64,000 nucleotides of DNA from a bacterium (GTDB lineage: Bacteria > UBA8248). Shown here piece by piece: positions 9,571-18,964 of this stretch. The position numbers and the translations under genes are program-made. The stretch is taken from assembly GCA_965204535.1 (NCBI GenBank), contig OZ241996.1:32001-96000 (forward strand). Direction: 5' to 3'. The notes beneath the pieces were generated by a model that had not been told where the DNA came from, searched no databases, and saw nothing but the letters and a program-made list of their open reading frames with translations. The stretch's first letter is position 1, and every line of letters begins with the position of its first letter.

Positions 9571-10649
9571 AAATTGAATTGAGAGAAATTCTGGTTAGAG
9601 AATTTGTCGAGGGTTATAGCGATGACGGCGAAGGTGGCGTTAGAGGCTATGGTGGCAGACTGGATATACGGCCACCATATCAGCGCGAGTTCGTTTATAA
9701 AGACAAACAGCGAGACGCCGTAATCGATACGATCAATAAAGGGTTTCCCCTGAATGTAATGTATTGGGCAGTTCGAAATAATGGAACTTTTGAAATTATT
9801 GACGGCCAACAACGCACAATTTCTATTGCTCAATACGTGATAGGAGATTTTTCATTCGAAGGCCGATATTTTCATAACCTTCAAGACGATGAGGAAAATA
9901 GAATACTGAACTATCCTCTTATGATTTATCTTTGTAGCGGAACTGATAGTGAAAAGCTGGAATGGTTCAAGACAATCAATATTGCGGGGGAGAAACTGAC
10001 CGATCAGGAATTGCGTAACGCGGTTTACGCTGGCTCCTGGGTTTCAGACGCCAAAAGATATTTTAGTAGGAGAGGGGGTTCTGCCTATGGCGTTGGGCAT
10101 GATTATCTGAATGGGAGGGAAATAAGGCAAGAATATCTTGAGACAGCAATTAAATGGATAAGTAGAGGCAACATTGAAGATTATATGGGGCAGCATCAAC
10201 ATGATGAAAATGCTGAGTCTCTATGGGATTATTTTCGTTCAGTAATTGATTGGATTGAAAAGGTCTTTACAAAGAAACGAAAACCAATGAAAGGTGTGGA
10301 TTGGGGAAGTCTCTACAACGAATATAAAGACGAACAACTCGACCCAAACGAAATTGAAGCTGAAACCGCAAGGTTAATTCAAGACGAAGATGTTACAAGT
10401 CAATCAGGCATATATCCTTATATCCTCACCCGTGAAGAGAAGTATTTGAGTATTCGTAAATTTAGTGATGCAATAAAGCAGAAAGTTTATGAGCGGCAAG
10501 GGGGCCAATGTAAGATGTGCTTTGAAACATTTGATATTGAAAAGATGGAGGCAGATCATATAACCCCTTGGAGTGAGGGCGGTAAAACGATTGAAGAGAA
10601 CTGCCAGATATTGTGCAAGGAATGTAATCGAAGAAAAACGAATAGGTAG
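9567..10649 (+). CDS. DUF262 (GmrSD-like ParB/Srx) plus HNH endonuclease
   Basis: PPYQREFV, IIDGQQR, F..IN..G; C-terminal CKMC...EADH...CKECN. Confidence 0.88.
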   Translation: MKIELREILVREFVEGYSDDGEGGVRGYGGRLDIRPPYQREFVYKDKQRDAVIDTINKGFPLNVMYWAVRNNGTFEIIDGQQRTISIAQYVIGDFSFEGRYFHNLQDDEENRILNYPLMIYLCSGTDSEKLEWFKTINIAGEKLTDQELRNAVYAGSWVSDAKRYFSRRGGSAYGVGHDYLNGREIRQEYLETAIKWISRGNIEDYMGQHQHDENAESLWDYFRSVIDWIEKVFTKKRKPMKGVDWGSLYNEYKDEQLDPNEIEAETARLIQDEDVTSQSGIYPYILTREEKYLSIRKFSDAIKQKVYERQGGQCKMCFETFDIEKMEADHITPWSEGGKTIEENCQILCKECNRRKTNR

Positions 10650-10655
10650 AGTGAA

Positions 10656-10832
10656 ATGAAAGCGCTAAATACAAAAGAAAAATTGGATAAATTATTTGGC
10701 TTGATGTTTAGCCGAGGGAAGCTAGACAAGGAACCACCTGCCCCTACGAAAGAAGACTTTGAAAGAAAATTCAGAATTGATTTTGGGCTGGATGGTAATC
10801 CTAAATTTGAAGAAGTAGAAGAAGAGGATTAG
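10656..10832 (+). CDS. Small acidic-tailed hypothetical protein (58 aa)
   Basis: MKALNTKEKLDKLFGLMF...EEVEEED, ends just inside the right IR. Confidence 0.4.
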   Translation: MKALNTKEKLDKLFGLMFSRGKLDKEPPAPTKEDFERKFRIDFGLDGNPKFEEVEEED

Positions 10833-11351
10833 AGAAGGTCTGTCAACTTTCCTTTATAATTCCCATATTTACCGCATTTTTCAGGTATTCCAAATCCGTG
10901 TGCGCGCTCGCGCCGTGCGAGGATTTCACCGCTCCGCCGTGATGGCGGACGTGCATGTAGCACGAAGGGTTCAACCGCTTCGAGCGCGTCGCCGCGTCCG
11001 GCCGCAGCGAGGGATTCTCCCGGTTCGCCGGGATGAAAGCATCGCCTGTGATTGCCTTCGTCATCGCCACTTCCTCATGAAGACCGCGCGGGTTCGACCG
11101 TCCGGGCCGATCAGCCGCCTCTCCCCCGTGGAGAGAGCGGGCCGCTTCGCCAATCTAGCGAAACCCCCGCCGCGCGCCCTAACGCCAATTGCGGGGAAAT
11201 GCGTACAAACTCGACTGAGGCGGGGCTGTTGAACAAGCCCTTCTCCGCCTCATCCTGAGTAGCGGCGGAGCCGCGTATCGAAGGATGTCCTCTCGTCCGC
11301 CTGGATTCGGGCGTCGTTACGGAGACGGCTGATGCGGTTCACCACGAAGCC

Positions 11352-11588
11352 GTCATTCCGGTGTCGGAGCCGACCAATGCGGGAGGATTGGACGGAATCC
11401 ATTTTGACTTTTCACCGGGCGGGGCGGCCACGACCTTGTTGTTGCGCGGCGTCCGGATGTGGAATTCAGAAAGTTCGCCTTTCGTTTTCGTGTTCGACTC
11501 CGATCCCCTCCGCCCGGGCGTAAAGCCGTCCGAACGAGGAGGCGAAAAGGCAAAAGCGAAAATGGATTCCGGCTTTCGCCGGAATGAC
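11352..11588 (-). repeat. About 210-240 bp MITE-like element with GTCATTCCGG...CCGGAATGAC ends (copy 1, inverted)
   Basis: Reverse complement aligns with 19081-19293 and 54288-54500. Confidence 0.85.
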
Positions 11589-11697
11589 GAACATCCAGGT
11601 TGTTCTCACCTTGGCAGGAAATGTATACCTCTCTGCAGGGACAGGCTGCGGCCTCCCCTACGGGTGAATCCGAACTTGCTTCAGGGCAACGCCACCC

Positions 11698-12861
11698 CTA
11701 CCTTACAGGCGTCATCCTGTAGACCGCTTCCCTCTCTTCCGAGAGAAACCACAGCGTCCCGTCGGGCGCTTCCTGGACGTCGCGCACGCGGCCCGTCTCG
11801 GGGAACGCGAGCCGTTCGACCTCTCTCAAGCCGCCTTTCGGGTCCAGGCGGGAGATATAATCGAACTTGAGGGAGGAGACGAAGAAATGCCCGCGCCAAA
11901 CCGGCCACAGCTTGCCTGAATAGATCGCCATCCCGCAGGGGGCGATGGAGGGGTCCCAGTAGAAATCGGGCTGTTCCATGCCCTCTTTCGCCACGCCAAC
12001 GCCGATCTTCCCGCCCCAGTAGTGCCGCCCGTAGGCGATGACGGGCCATCCGTAGTTCGCACCCTTCCTGACCCGGTTTATCTCGTCTCCGCCCCGCGCG
12101 CCGTGCTCGACGGCCCAGAGCGCGCCCGCCGCATCGAGCGCGGCGCCCTGGGGGTTCCTGTGGCCCCACGACCATATCTCGGGCCGCGCTCCCGCTTGTC
12201 CGACAAATGGATTGTCCTTGGGAACGCTCCCGTCGCGCCGGATGCGGACGATCTTGCCGTGGTGGAGCGAGAGGTCCTGCGACTTGTCGGGGTCGCCCCG
12301 CTCGCCCAAAGTGAGAAAGAGCGTCCCGTCCGGCGCCTCCACGACCCTGGAACCGAAATGCCGCCAGCCCGAGGCGGGCGCCGCCATCTCGAAGATGACG
12401 CGCAGGTTCTCGAGCTTTCGGTTGTCGCGTGAAAGCGCGGCGACGGCGAGCGCCGTGCCCGCCCCGCCAGGGTAAGGTTTCGAGTAGGTGAGGAAAATCT
12501 CGCGGGTTTCGGGGAAATCTTGTGCTGCGGCGACGTCCATCAGTCCGCCCTGCCCCCACGCATAGACTTGCGGGACGCCCGAAACTTTCATTCCGCGACG
12601 CGCGGAGTCAAAATGAAAAAGTGAGCCGCCGCGCTCGGTGACAAGAAACGCCCCGCCCGGCAGGAATGTAATCCCCCAGGGGGTGTCGAGATTTCCCGCC
12701 ATCTTCTCGACAGAAACCGGGCCCGCCGCCGTCTGGCGCACCGCCGCCCATCCCGGCGCGGCGGAGAGTGCGATGAGCAGCAAAGCGATGAGGCAGGACA
12801 ATGCCGCCGGACGCCTCTTTGACCCAAGGGCAAGCATTGCATTCATCCATAATGTTTTCAT
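11698..12861 (-). CDS. PQQ-dependent sugar (glucose/sorbosone) dehydrogenase
   Basis: Signal peptide; LDTPWG, GQGGLMDV, HFGSR, WSWGHRNPQG, NYGWP. Confidence 0.9.
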   Translation of the reverse strand: MKTLWMNAMLALGSKRRPAALSCLIALLLIALSAAPGWAAVRQTAAGPVSVEKMAGNLDTPWGITFLPGGAFLVTERGGSLFHFDSARRGMKVSGVPQVYAWGQGGLMDVAAAQDFPETREIFLTYSKPYPGGAGTALAVAALSRDNRKLENLRVIFEMAAPASGWRHFGSRVVEAPDGTLFLTLGERGDPDKSQDLSLHHGKIVRIRRDGSVPKDNPFVGQAGARPEIWSWGHRNPQGAALDAAGALWAVEHGARGGDEINRVRKGANYGWPVIAYGRHYWGGKIGVGVAKEGMEQPDFYWDPSIAPCGMAIYSGKLWPVWRGHFFVSSLKFDYISRLDPKGGLREVERLAFPETGRVRDVQEAPDGTLWFLSEEREAVYRMTPVR

Positions 12862-12989
12862 GATCTCCCTCCCGGCGGCCTGGAGGCGATTTTAACGCGG
12901 AAGAAAGGTTGGGTGCCAGTAGCGACAGGCCTATGCGCCTGTCGGAGGTCGCGACCTGTCCCTACAGATTCATGCTGAAATTCGCTTGC

Positions 12990-13018
12990 TTGACACAATA
13001 CATTTATGTAGCTACATT
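12990..13018 (+). promoter_or_regulatory. Sigma70 promoter with palindromic operator for brnTA
   Basis: TTGACA-17 bp-TACATT; perfect palindrome ATGTAGCTACAT (13006-13017) over the -10. Confidence 0.65.
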
Positions 13019-13044
13019 ATAGAAGCTACAAAGGAGCTGGGTCG

Positions 13045-13335
13045 TTGCGCTGGGAATGGGATGATGACAAGAATCGCGCGAACAGGCGCAAGCATGGCCT
13101 CGGCTTCGAGACGGCGAGGCTCGTGTTCGACGACCCGCTGATGGCCCACCGCCCGGACCCGAACCCGAACGAGGAGCGGTGGCACACCATCGGGATGATC
13201 GGGGGCGTGGTCGTCATCGTGGCGCATACATGGCCTGAACCAGAGGACGAAACCGGCGTCGAGACGGGCCGCATCATCAGCGCCAGAAAAGCCACGGCGC
13301 GCGAGAGGAGAGCCTATGAGCAAGGGAGCTTCTAA
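13045..13335 (+). CDS. brnT: BrnT family toxin
   Basis: WEWDDDKNRANRRKHGLGF, EERWHTIG, RIISARKAT..ERRAY. Confidence 0.9.
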   Translation: MRWEWDDDKNRANRRKHGLGFETARLVFDDPLMAHRPDPNPNEERWHTIGMIGGVVVIVAHTWPEPEDETGVETGRIISARKATARERRAYEQGSF

Positions 13336-13606
13336 AGAACTCACCGGGGAGCAGAAGGCGGAAATCGAGGCGCTCGCCGCCCTTCCCGAAGAAGAGATAG
13401 ACACGAGCGACATCCCTGAAATTCTGGACTGGACGGACGCCAGGCGCGGCCTGCTCTACCGGCCCGTGAAGAAGCAGATCACGCTCAGGCTCGACGCCGA
13501 CGTGGTGGCGTGGTTCCGGGCGAACGCCCCGAACGGACGGGGATACCAGACCGAGATGAACCGCGTGCTCCGAGAACACGCCACGAGGGTCTCGAAGCGG
13601 ACGTGA
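13316..13606 (+). CDS. brnA: BrnA antitoxin
   Basis: IDTSDIPE, KKQITLRLDADVVAWFR, GYQTEMN. Confidence 0.9.
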   Translation: MSKGASKELTGEQKAEIEALAALPEEEIDTSDIPEILDWTDARRGLLYRPVKKQITLRLDADVVAWFRANAPNGRGYQTEMNRVLREHATRVSKRT

Positions 13607-13873
13607 ACGGAGCGTCGTTGAGATTTTCGGCTTTGATTATAATTGCGGCAACATTTCCGACCGGGGGATCGCAATCTGTCGCACCGCCGTTCACCAGACG
13701 CGACGGAAAGCGCGAGGAGCAGCAAAGCGAGAAGCCAGATCGAGACCGCCGCACGCCTCCTGATCCTCCGAGTAGGCATTTTATGCTTTAAGATTTAAGA
13801 AAGATTTCATGCGCGCTCGCGCGGCGCCACATCAGACCTCCAGGCAAGATTTTGTCGTAGTATCGATCTCTTT

Positions 13874-14497
13874 TCAGATTTTTCCCTGGGGCGGAAACCA
13901 ATTACCGAGAATACTTTTGAGTTCCAGAAAAGCCGTGTCTTGGCATCGACGAAGGGAAACCCTTTCTGCAATCTGTAGATATAGAGATGCGCTGCGAGGT
14001 TTTTGCGCTTCCCGCAAGGCTGCTTTGAAAGCCTCTTTGGGCCGCCTGGGCTTGGCCTCACCTTCTTGTAAATATCCTTGTCCCGCCAACCAGCGGCGAA
14101 GGCCGGGCTCCCGGCCTCGCCATCCCGTCACCGCGTCGACGTGAGGAGAGTCGCCCCAAATCCATACCTCCAGTTCAGGAGCAAGCACGAGAGCCTTGGC
14201 CCGTTCGCCCCAAGCCGATCTGGCGAATTCCTCGTTGAGGCTCTCTTGCAACTCCAAGGGCGTCATATCCTCCTTTCCACTCCCTTTATGATCAAAGATG
14301 AGCAAACCGTAGCGATACTGTTTCGAAAAAATAGAAATGAGATCAACGCCCCGTACCGCGCATGCAGAATCGTGTTGCGGCTCTACAAAGATTTCCGCTT
14401 CGACGGTTCGAATGCCCAGCGCCTCCGGTCTTGCGAGCAATCCCCTCAGCGCGTATTCTAGGTCTTTGTCGGCGACGAGAATGACCAGGTCTTTCAA
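13874..14497 (-). CDS. MAD4/DUF4276-like TOPRIM-type partner of AAA ATPase
   Basis: TTG start overlapping ATPase stop; KDLVILVAD, LLIFD, PELEVW, PKEAF motifs. Confidence 0.6.
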   Translation of the reverse strand: MKDLVILVADKDLEYALRGLLARPEALGIRTVEAEIFVEPQHDSACAVRGVDLISIFSKQYRYGLLIFDHKGSGKEDMTPLELQESLNEEFARSAWGERAKALVLAPELEVWIWGDSPHVDAVTGWRGREPGLRRWLAGQGYLQEGEAKPRRPKEAFKAALREAQKPRSASLYLQIAERVSLRRCQDTAFLELKSILGNWFPPQGKI

Positions 14498-15753
14498 CCC
14501 AAAACTCCCGAAGCGAGCAACGTCCCCAGATCGGCCTCTCCATGCCACTGCTGCAGTTTGGGATGGTTGGAACCGAGAACGATATCCGTCGCTCCCGCAT
14601 CATCCTTGGCGAAGCACAACACGTCATTCATCTCCGCCGCGTTTAAGACTACCGGCGAATGAGTCGCCAGCAGGACTTGGGCCGCATACACCGAGGAGAG
14701 TGAATCATAAACCGTCGCCACGGCGCGTGGATGGATGCCGTTTTCCGGCTCTTCGATCAGATATATCCCCTTCAGATCATCAAGATACGCCGGCAAGGTC
14801 AGCGCCGTAAGCCGGAGCGTGCCATCGGACACCATCCAGGAAGGGACTTTCAGCCCGCCTCTATACTCATAGACCATGTAGCGATGTTTGTCCTCCGGCC
14901 GCTCAATGGTCGTGATGTCTGCGAGATCATCCAGCGCCGTCCGAAGATGCGCAATCCATTCGCCATACCTTTGCTCGTCTTCTTGCAGCAAGCGGTCAAC
15001 AACCCAGGGCAAATTCGAGCCGTCGGGCAAGAAACCCGTAACTCGGGTCGGCGGACTGGGTTGTTTGATCGCATGACTGTTAAGAACGAACTGCTGGACT
15101 CCGGTTTCCAGATATTCTCGAAACCACGTGGCCACCGGAAGTGACTTCTCGTCCGCCGGAAGGTTGCCGAGCGCCGACTTTTGCGGCCCCAGCTTGAACG
15201 ATGGGGCCCAGCCCTTTCCTCCCTTTGGGTAGGTCTCATTGTAAAAATTGTCATTCCCTCCCGGCACTTTATTGACCACGGTCTTGTAGTTAGGTCCGGT
15301 TTTTGTCAGGAGCGACGCCGGCGCGTCAGGAGACATGGGGAATAGCGAACGCTGGGATGGCTTGAACTCCCGGGTTTTCTTGAACAAGAACTTCTCCGCC
15401 TTGAACTCGAACTGGCGCTTTGTTTCATCGAAACCGATAGCCACTTCATACCGCGCGGTTCCCATCTCCGGTTTCGCCGTTCGCTCGCGCAACTCATCGG
15501 GTATACGGGCCTCGACGGCCAGTTCCAGCTTCTCTCCCTGACGCCGAAAGAGGAGTTCTTCCGGATTCGTGGTTCGGCTGGATAACGCCTCATCCAATCC
15601 CCCGGACACTAAATCCCGAAGAAAGCCGACGACGTCGAGAAAGGTCGTCTTGCCGCTGGCGTTCGGTCCGACCAGAACGTGAAACGGCTCAAGAGGTCTC
15701 GACACGTACCGCAAGCATCGATAATTCAAGGCTTCAATCAGTGTAATCATCAA
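14494..15753 (-). CDS. AAA_21/OLD-type ABC ATPase (MAD3-like)
   Basis: IEALNYRC, Walker A GPNASGKT, SDGTLR, Walker B LIEEPENGIHP, ATHSP. Confidence 0.85.
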   Translation of the reverse strand: MMITLIEALNYRCLRYVSRPLEPFHVLVGPNASGKTTFLDVVGFLRDLVSGGLDEALSSRTTNPEELLFRRQGEKLELAVEARIPDELRERTAKPEMGTARYEVAIGFDETKRQFEFKAEKFLFKKTREFKPSQRSLFPMSPDAPASLLTKTGPNYKTVVNKVPGGNDNFYNETYPKGGKGWAPSFKLGPQKSALGNLPADEKSLPVATWFREYLETGVQQFVLNSHAIKQPSPPTRVTGFLPDGSNLPWVVDRLLQEDEQRYGEWIAHLRTALDDLADITTIERPEDKHRYMVYEYRGGLKVPSWMVSDGTLRLTALTLPAYLDDLKGIYLIEEPENGIHPRAVATVYDSLSSVYAAQVLLATHSPVVLNAAEMNDVLCFAKDDAGATDIVLGSNHPKLQQWHGEADLGTLLASGVLG

Positions 15754-15807
15754 ATTGTTCCGTCTTAGATTTCTTGGGTGTGGCGTTTAGCATGGTCCGA
15801 TTCTCTC

Positions 15808-15835
15808 GTAGGGACAGGTCGCGACCTGTCCCTAC
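15808..15835. repeat. GTAG-type REP palindrome
   Basis: GTAGGGACAGGTCGCGACCTGTCCCTAC; related copies near 12941, 17683, 24320 and 43975. Confidence 0.75.
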
Positions 15836-15888
15836 CCATCACGGCTACGCAAAACTCGCTACGCCGTCTTCCCTGCCCCTACGAAACC

Positions 15889-16197
15889 CTACGCCGTCGC
15901 CTCCTCCCGCAGTGGCTTCGTATACGCGATGGCCGCCACGTCGAAGTATTCGAGGCTCGCGTTGTTCGCCCGGCGGAAGCTGCGCTGCTTTTCGGAGTTG
16001 AACCAGGCGTCGGCGGTGGCCTTGTCCTCGAAGTGGTAGACGGACGCCATGCGGCCCGTCTCCTCGTTCATGCCCCAGGTCTTGTCGATGAGGCCGGGCA
16101 CCTCGTTCTCGAAAAAGGCGGCGGCCTGCTCCTTGTCCGCGCGGACCTCGGCGAGCGTGGGCGCGACAGCGGGATAGTGTAGAATGACCATCATCAT
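15889..16197 (-). CDS. YdhR-like dimeric alpha-beta barrel protein (putative monooxygenase)
   Basis: PGLIDKTW..NEETGRMASVYHFED. Confidence 0.6.
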   Translation of the reverse strand: MMMVILHYPAVAPTLAEVRADKEQAAAFFENEVPGLIDKTWGMNEETGRMASVYHFEDKATADAWFNSEKQRSFRRANNASLEYFDVAAIAYTKPLREEATA

Positions 16198-16369
16198 GGT
16201 GGCGTCCTCCTCAGGATGTCTGAAAACCGAAACGGGTTATCTCTTGCGTTTATTTTGCGTGAAATGATAGCCCAGAGGGGCGATTCCGCCAAACGCAGGC
16301 GGAGCGAGCGCGCGGGAGCCGAAAATCCCGGAAAGCGGGGAAACCTCAAGCGAAAAGGAGTATGAAGCA

Positions 16370-17317
16370 ATGAGCGAGGCGGCGTATCGGGAGATGTACG
16401 AGAGGGCGCGGGTGAACCTCGAAAAATCGGGCGGGGGAAACCCCTACGACATTCTGGGGCCGGATCTGCCCGGCACGCAGACGGCGCTCGCGGGATTCAC
16501 GCGCTTTGGCCTGAAGATGCGCCTGATGCTCACCGATTCCGCCGACACCGAATTCGATTTTCTGGGCAAGAAGCTCAAAAGCCCCATCATGACGGGTTCG
16601 ATGAGCGCGAACACGCTGGCCGCCCACTGGGCGGACGGGTTTCTGCAGGTCGCCAGGGGCGCCGCGCGCTTCGGGACCCAGTACTGGATAGGCGACTGTT
16701 CGGATGACGCTTGGCGCGAAACGGCCGCCGCACATCCTTCCGCGATCCGCATCGTGAAGCCCTGGCGCGACAGGCAGCGCACGCTCACCTCGCTCAAACT
16801 CGCCGAAGACACCGGCGCCTTCGCCGTGGGCATGGATTTCGAGTCCGGCTTTTACAACCCCGAATGCGAACCCCAGAGAGCGGACGCGCTCGAGGGCTAT
16901 ATAAACGCCACCGGGCTTCCCTTCGTATTCAAGGCGGTGGGCTCGGCCGAGACGGCTCGCATTGCGCGCGATGCCGGGACCGCGGCCATCATCGTCACCA
17001 CGCACGGGGGCGCACACGGGTCCTCCTGGGCGCATCCCATGGAAATCCTGCCCGAAGTCGTGGACGCCGTGGGGGACGACATGCTGATCCTGGCCGAAAG
17101 CGGCGTCCGTAGAGGCGACGACGTTTTGAAGCTGCTCGCGCGGGGCGCGAAGGGCGTCACCTCGGGACGTGCGCTCGTGCTCGGCCTGTTCGCGAACGGC
17201 CCCGCCGGCGTGGCGGAGATGCTCGAACTCATGCAGGCGGAACTCGAAAAATCCATGGTGCTGGCGGGCTGTAAGGATTTGGCTTCGATTTCGGGGGATA
17301 TCCTGATTGAGAGGTGA
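16370..17317 (+). CDS. FMN-dependent alpha-hydroxy-acid oxidase-like protein
   Basis: FLGKKLKSPIM, FVFK, THGG, ESGVRRGDDVLKLLARGA. Confidence 0.8.
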   Translation: MSEAAYREMYERARVNLEKSGGGNPYDILGPDLPGTQTALAGFTRFGLKMRLMLTDSADTEFDFLGKKLKSPIMTGSMSANTLAAHWADGFLQVARGAARFGTQYWIGDCSDDAWRETAAAHPSAIRIVKPWRDRQRTLTSLKLAEDTGAFAVGMDFESGFYNPECEPQRADALEGYINATGLPFVFKAVGSAETARIARDAGTAAIIVTTHGGAHGSSWAHPMEILPEVVDAVGDDMLILAESGVRRGDDVLKLLARGAKGVTSGRALVLGLFANGPAGVAEMLELMQAELEKSMVLAGCKDLASISGDILIER

Positions 17318-17338
17318 AGCAAGAAAGATTCGGAACCC

Positions 17339-17757
17339 GTGGGGACAGGCCCCCGTGCCTGTCCTGATTTATCGACGAACAAAATGGACAACCACGGGGG
17401 GTTGTCCCTACCAACACCACAGCGACAATATCGAAGTGATGGTCGTTATTTTGTAGGGTCGCATATATGCGACCCTGTTTTTGCCTTCCAACGACGGGCC
17501 GCATATATGCGGCCCCTACATACGGGGAAGATAGGGTTTCATGGATCGCCAAGTGAAAAACAAATTCCCTGGATTCCGGCATTCGCCGGAATGACGGCAA
17601 TTTCCAATTCTGGCGTATGGGGAATACGAACCCGTAGGGACAGGCCCCTGTGCCTGTCCTCGTGTGTCGGTCATTATCACCCGTAGGGACAAGGTCGCGA
17701 CCTGTCCCTACAACAATAATGGGCACCTCGTAGGGGCGGTTCGCGAACCGCCCCTAC
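17339..17757. repeat. Mosaic REP cluster (BIME-like) with several palindrome families
   Basis: GGACAGGC..GCCTGTCC, GGACAACC..GGTTGTCCCTAC, GGGTCGCATATATGCGACCC, GGATTCCGGC..CCGGAATGAC, GTAGGGGCGGTTCGCGAACCGCCCCTAC. Confidence 0.8.
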
Positions 17758-17776
17758 GCCATCGCGTTCGGCCCCA

Positions 17777-18868
17777 TCACACCGCATCAGGCAGCAACGG
17801 CAAAAGATATTTAGCGAAATTGCGCGCCTCTTCGTCATGCGGCCAGCCGGAGAGGATGAACGTGGTCGCGCCCAAGTCAATGTATTCGCGCATGGCTTCG
17901 GCCACCACCTCGGGGCTTCCCACGAGCATGGTGCCCGCCCCCTGGCGCACGAGGTTGATGCCTGAGAAAAGCGCGGGCCCGTGCCAGAGCTTCCCCTCCG
18001 CCGTCATGGCGTTCATCCTCTGCTGGGAGACGGATTCCACCTGCCCCGCCACTTCGCCGGTGACGGAGGAACTCTCCCCGTAGGAGGCCGTGCCCGCGAT
18101 GATGGCCTCGGCCTCTTCCTTGGCCTGCGCGTCGTCCTCGCGCACCAGGATGTGGAAGCGCACGCCGAGCCTCAAATCGCGGCCATGCTCCTCGCGCGCC
18201 ATTTTCTTGACCTCTTCGTATTCCTCGGCGATCTGCCAGGGGGGTTCGCCCCATTTGAGGAAAACGTCGGCGTGCTTGGAGATGACCTTCTTGGCCGCCG
18301 GTGAGCTTCCCCCGAAATAAAGCGGGGGGCCGCCTGGACGCGCGGGCCCTGGGAAGACGAAGCCGTCCTCCACCTGGTAATGCGCCCCCTCGTAGTTCAC
18401 CCTCCCCTCGCCGTCCGCCCAGAAGGCGCGCACGATATCCAGAAACTCATCCGCCCGCTCGTAGCGACCGTCATGATCCGCCCAGTCCCCGTAACGCCTT
18501 GCGTCCACCGAGGAGCCGCCGGGCACGACGTTCACCGTCAACCGTCCATCCGAGATGAAGTCGAGCGTGTTCGCCTGCTGCACGGCGAAGGTCGGCGTGG
18601 TGAGGCCGGGCCGTATGGCGACGCAGAATTTTATACTCCGCGTTTCGCGGGCGATCGCAGAGGCCAGGAGCCAGCCGTCCGAACACGAGGTGTTGCACGG
18701 GATGAGCATGTTCGTCAGGCCGCTCGCCTCCGCCGTCTGCGCCACGTGGACGAGATAGTCGATCTCGGGCGGTATCTCCACCTCGCCCGTGCCGAGCCTG
18801 GTGGCGTCGCCCCGTCTGTTCGATGGCAGATACCAGGCGTATTCGATGGGTTGCTGGCCGTTATCCAT
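17777..18868 (-). CDS. LLM-class monooxygenase, SsuD/MsuD-like
   Basis: WYLP, FCVAIRPG, GRLTVNVVPG, HDGRYERADEFL, YFGGSS, FILSGWPH. Confidence 0.85.
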   Translation of the reverse strand: MDNGQQPIEYAWYLPSNRRGDATRLGTGEVEIPPEIDYLVHVAQTAEASGLTNMLIPCNTSCSDGWLLASAIARETRSIKFCVAIRPGLTTPTFAVQQANTLDFISDGRLTVNVVPGGSSVDARRYGDWADHDGRYERADEFLDIVRAFWADGEGRVNYEGAHYQVEDGFVFPGPARPGGPPLYFGGSSPAAKKVISKHADVFLKWGEPPWQIAEEYEEVKKMAREEHGRDLRLGVRFHILVREDDAQAKEEAEAIIAGTASYGESSSVTGEVAGQVESVSQQRMNAMTAEGKLWHGPALFSGINLVRQGAGTMLVGSPEVVAEAMREYIDLGATTFILSGWPHDEEARNFAKYLLPLLPDAV

Positions 18869-18964
18869 TGCGTGTGTGTCCTTTATTTCCTGTCACATCA
18901 TTTCGAAACGGAGCGGTTCTTCTTCCGGCGGACAAGTTTGCGAAAAAAAACGCCCCGCCCGCAA

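Larger units (their letters stand above)
6425..10864. mobile_element. IS1595-family cargo transposon (tIS), about 4.4 kb, low GC
   Basis: Terminal IRs GGGAATTATCAAGGAAAGTTGACAGA and (rc) GGGAATTATAAAGGAAAGTTGACAGA; perfect 8-bp TSD ATATTTAC at 6417-6424 and 10865-10872; internal IS1595 transposase. Confidence 0.93.
6262..11203. repeat. Copy A of an AT-rich non-coding element bounded by CAAATGCGGGGAAATGCG-like direct repeats, interrupted by the IS1595 transposon
   Basis: 6262-6424 plus 10865 onward align with 51546-51760; terminal repeats at 6262-6279 and 11186-11203. Confidence 0.65.

Noticed and set aside
11361-11870. ORFs with MDSGFRRND/WIPAFAGMT peptides recurring at 19070 and 54220
   Set aside because: Translations of the MITE, not independent genes
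17339-17757. Possible CRISPR array among clustered palindromes
   Set aside because: Units differ in sequence, orientation and spacing, and there are no cas genes; fits REP mosaics
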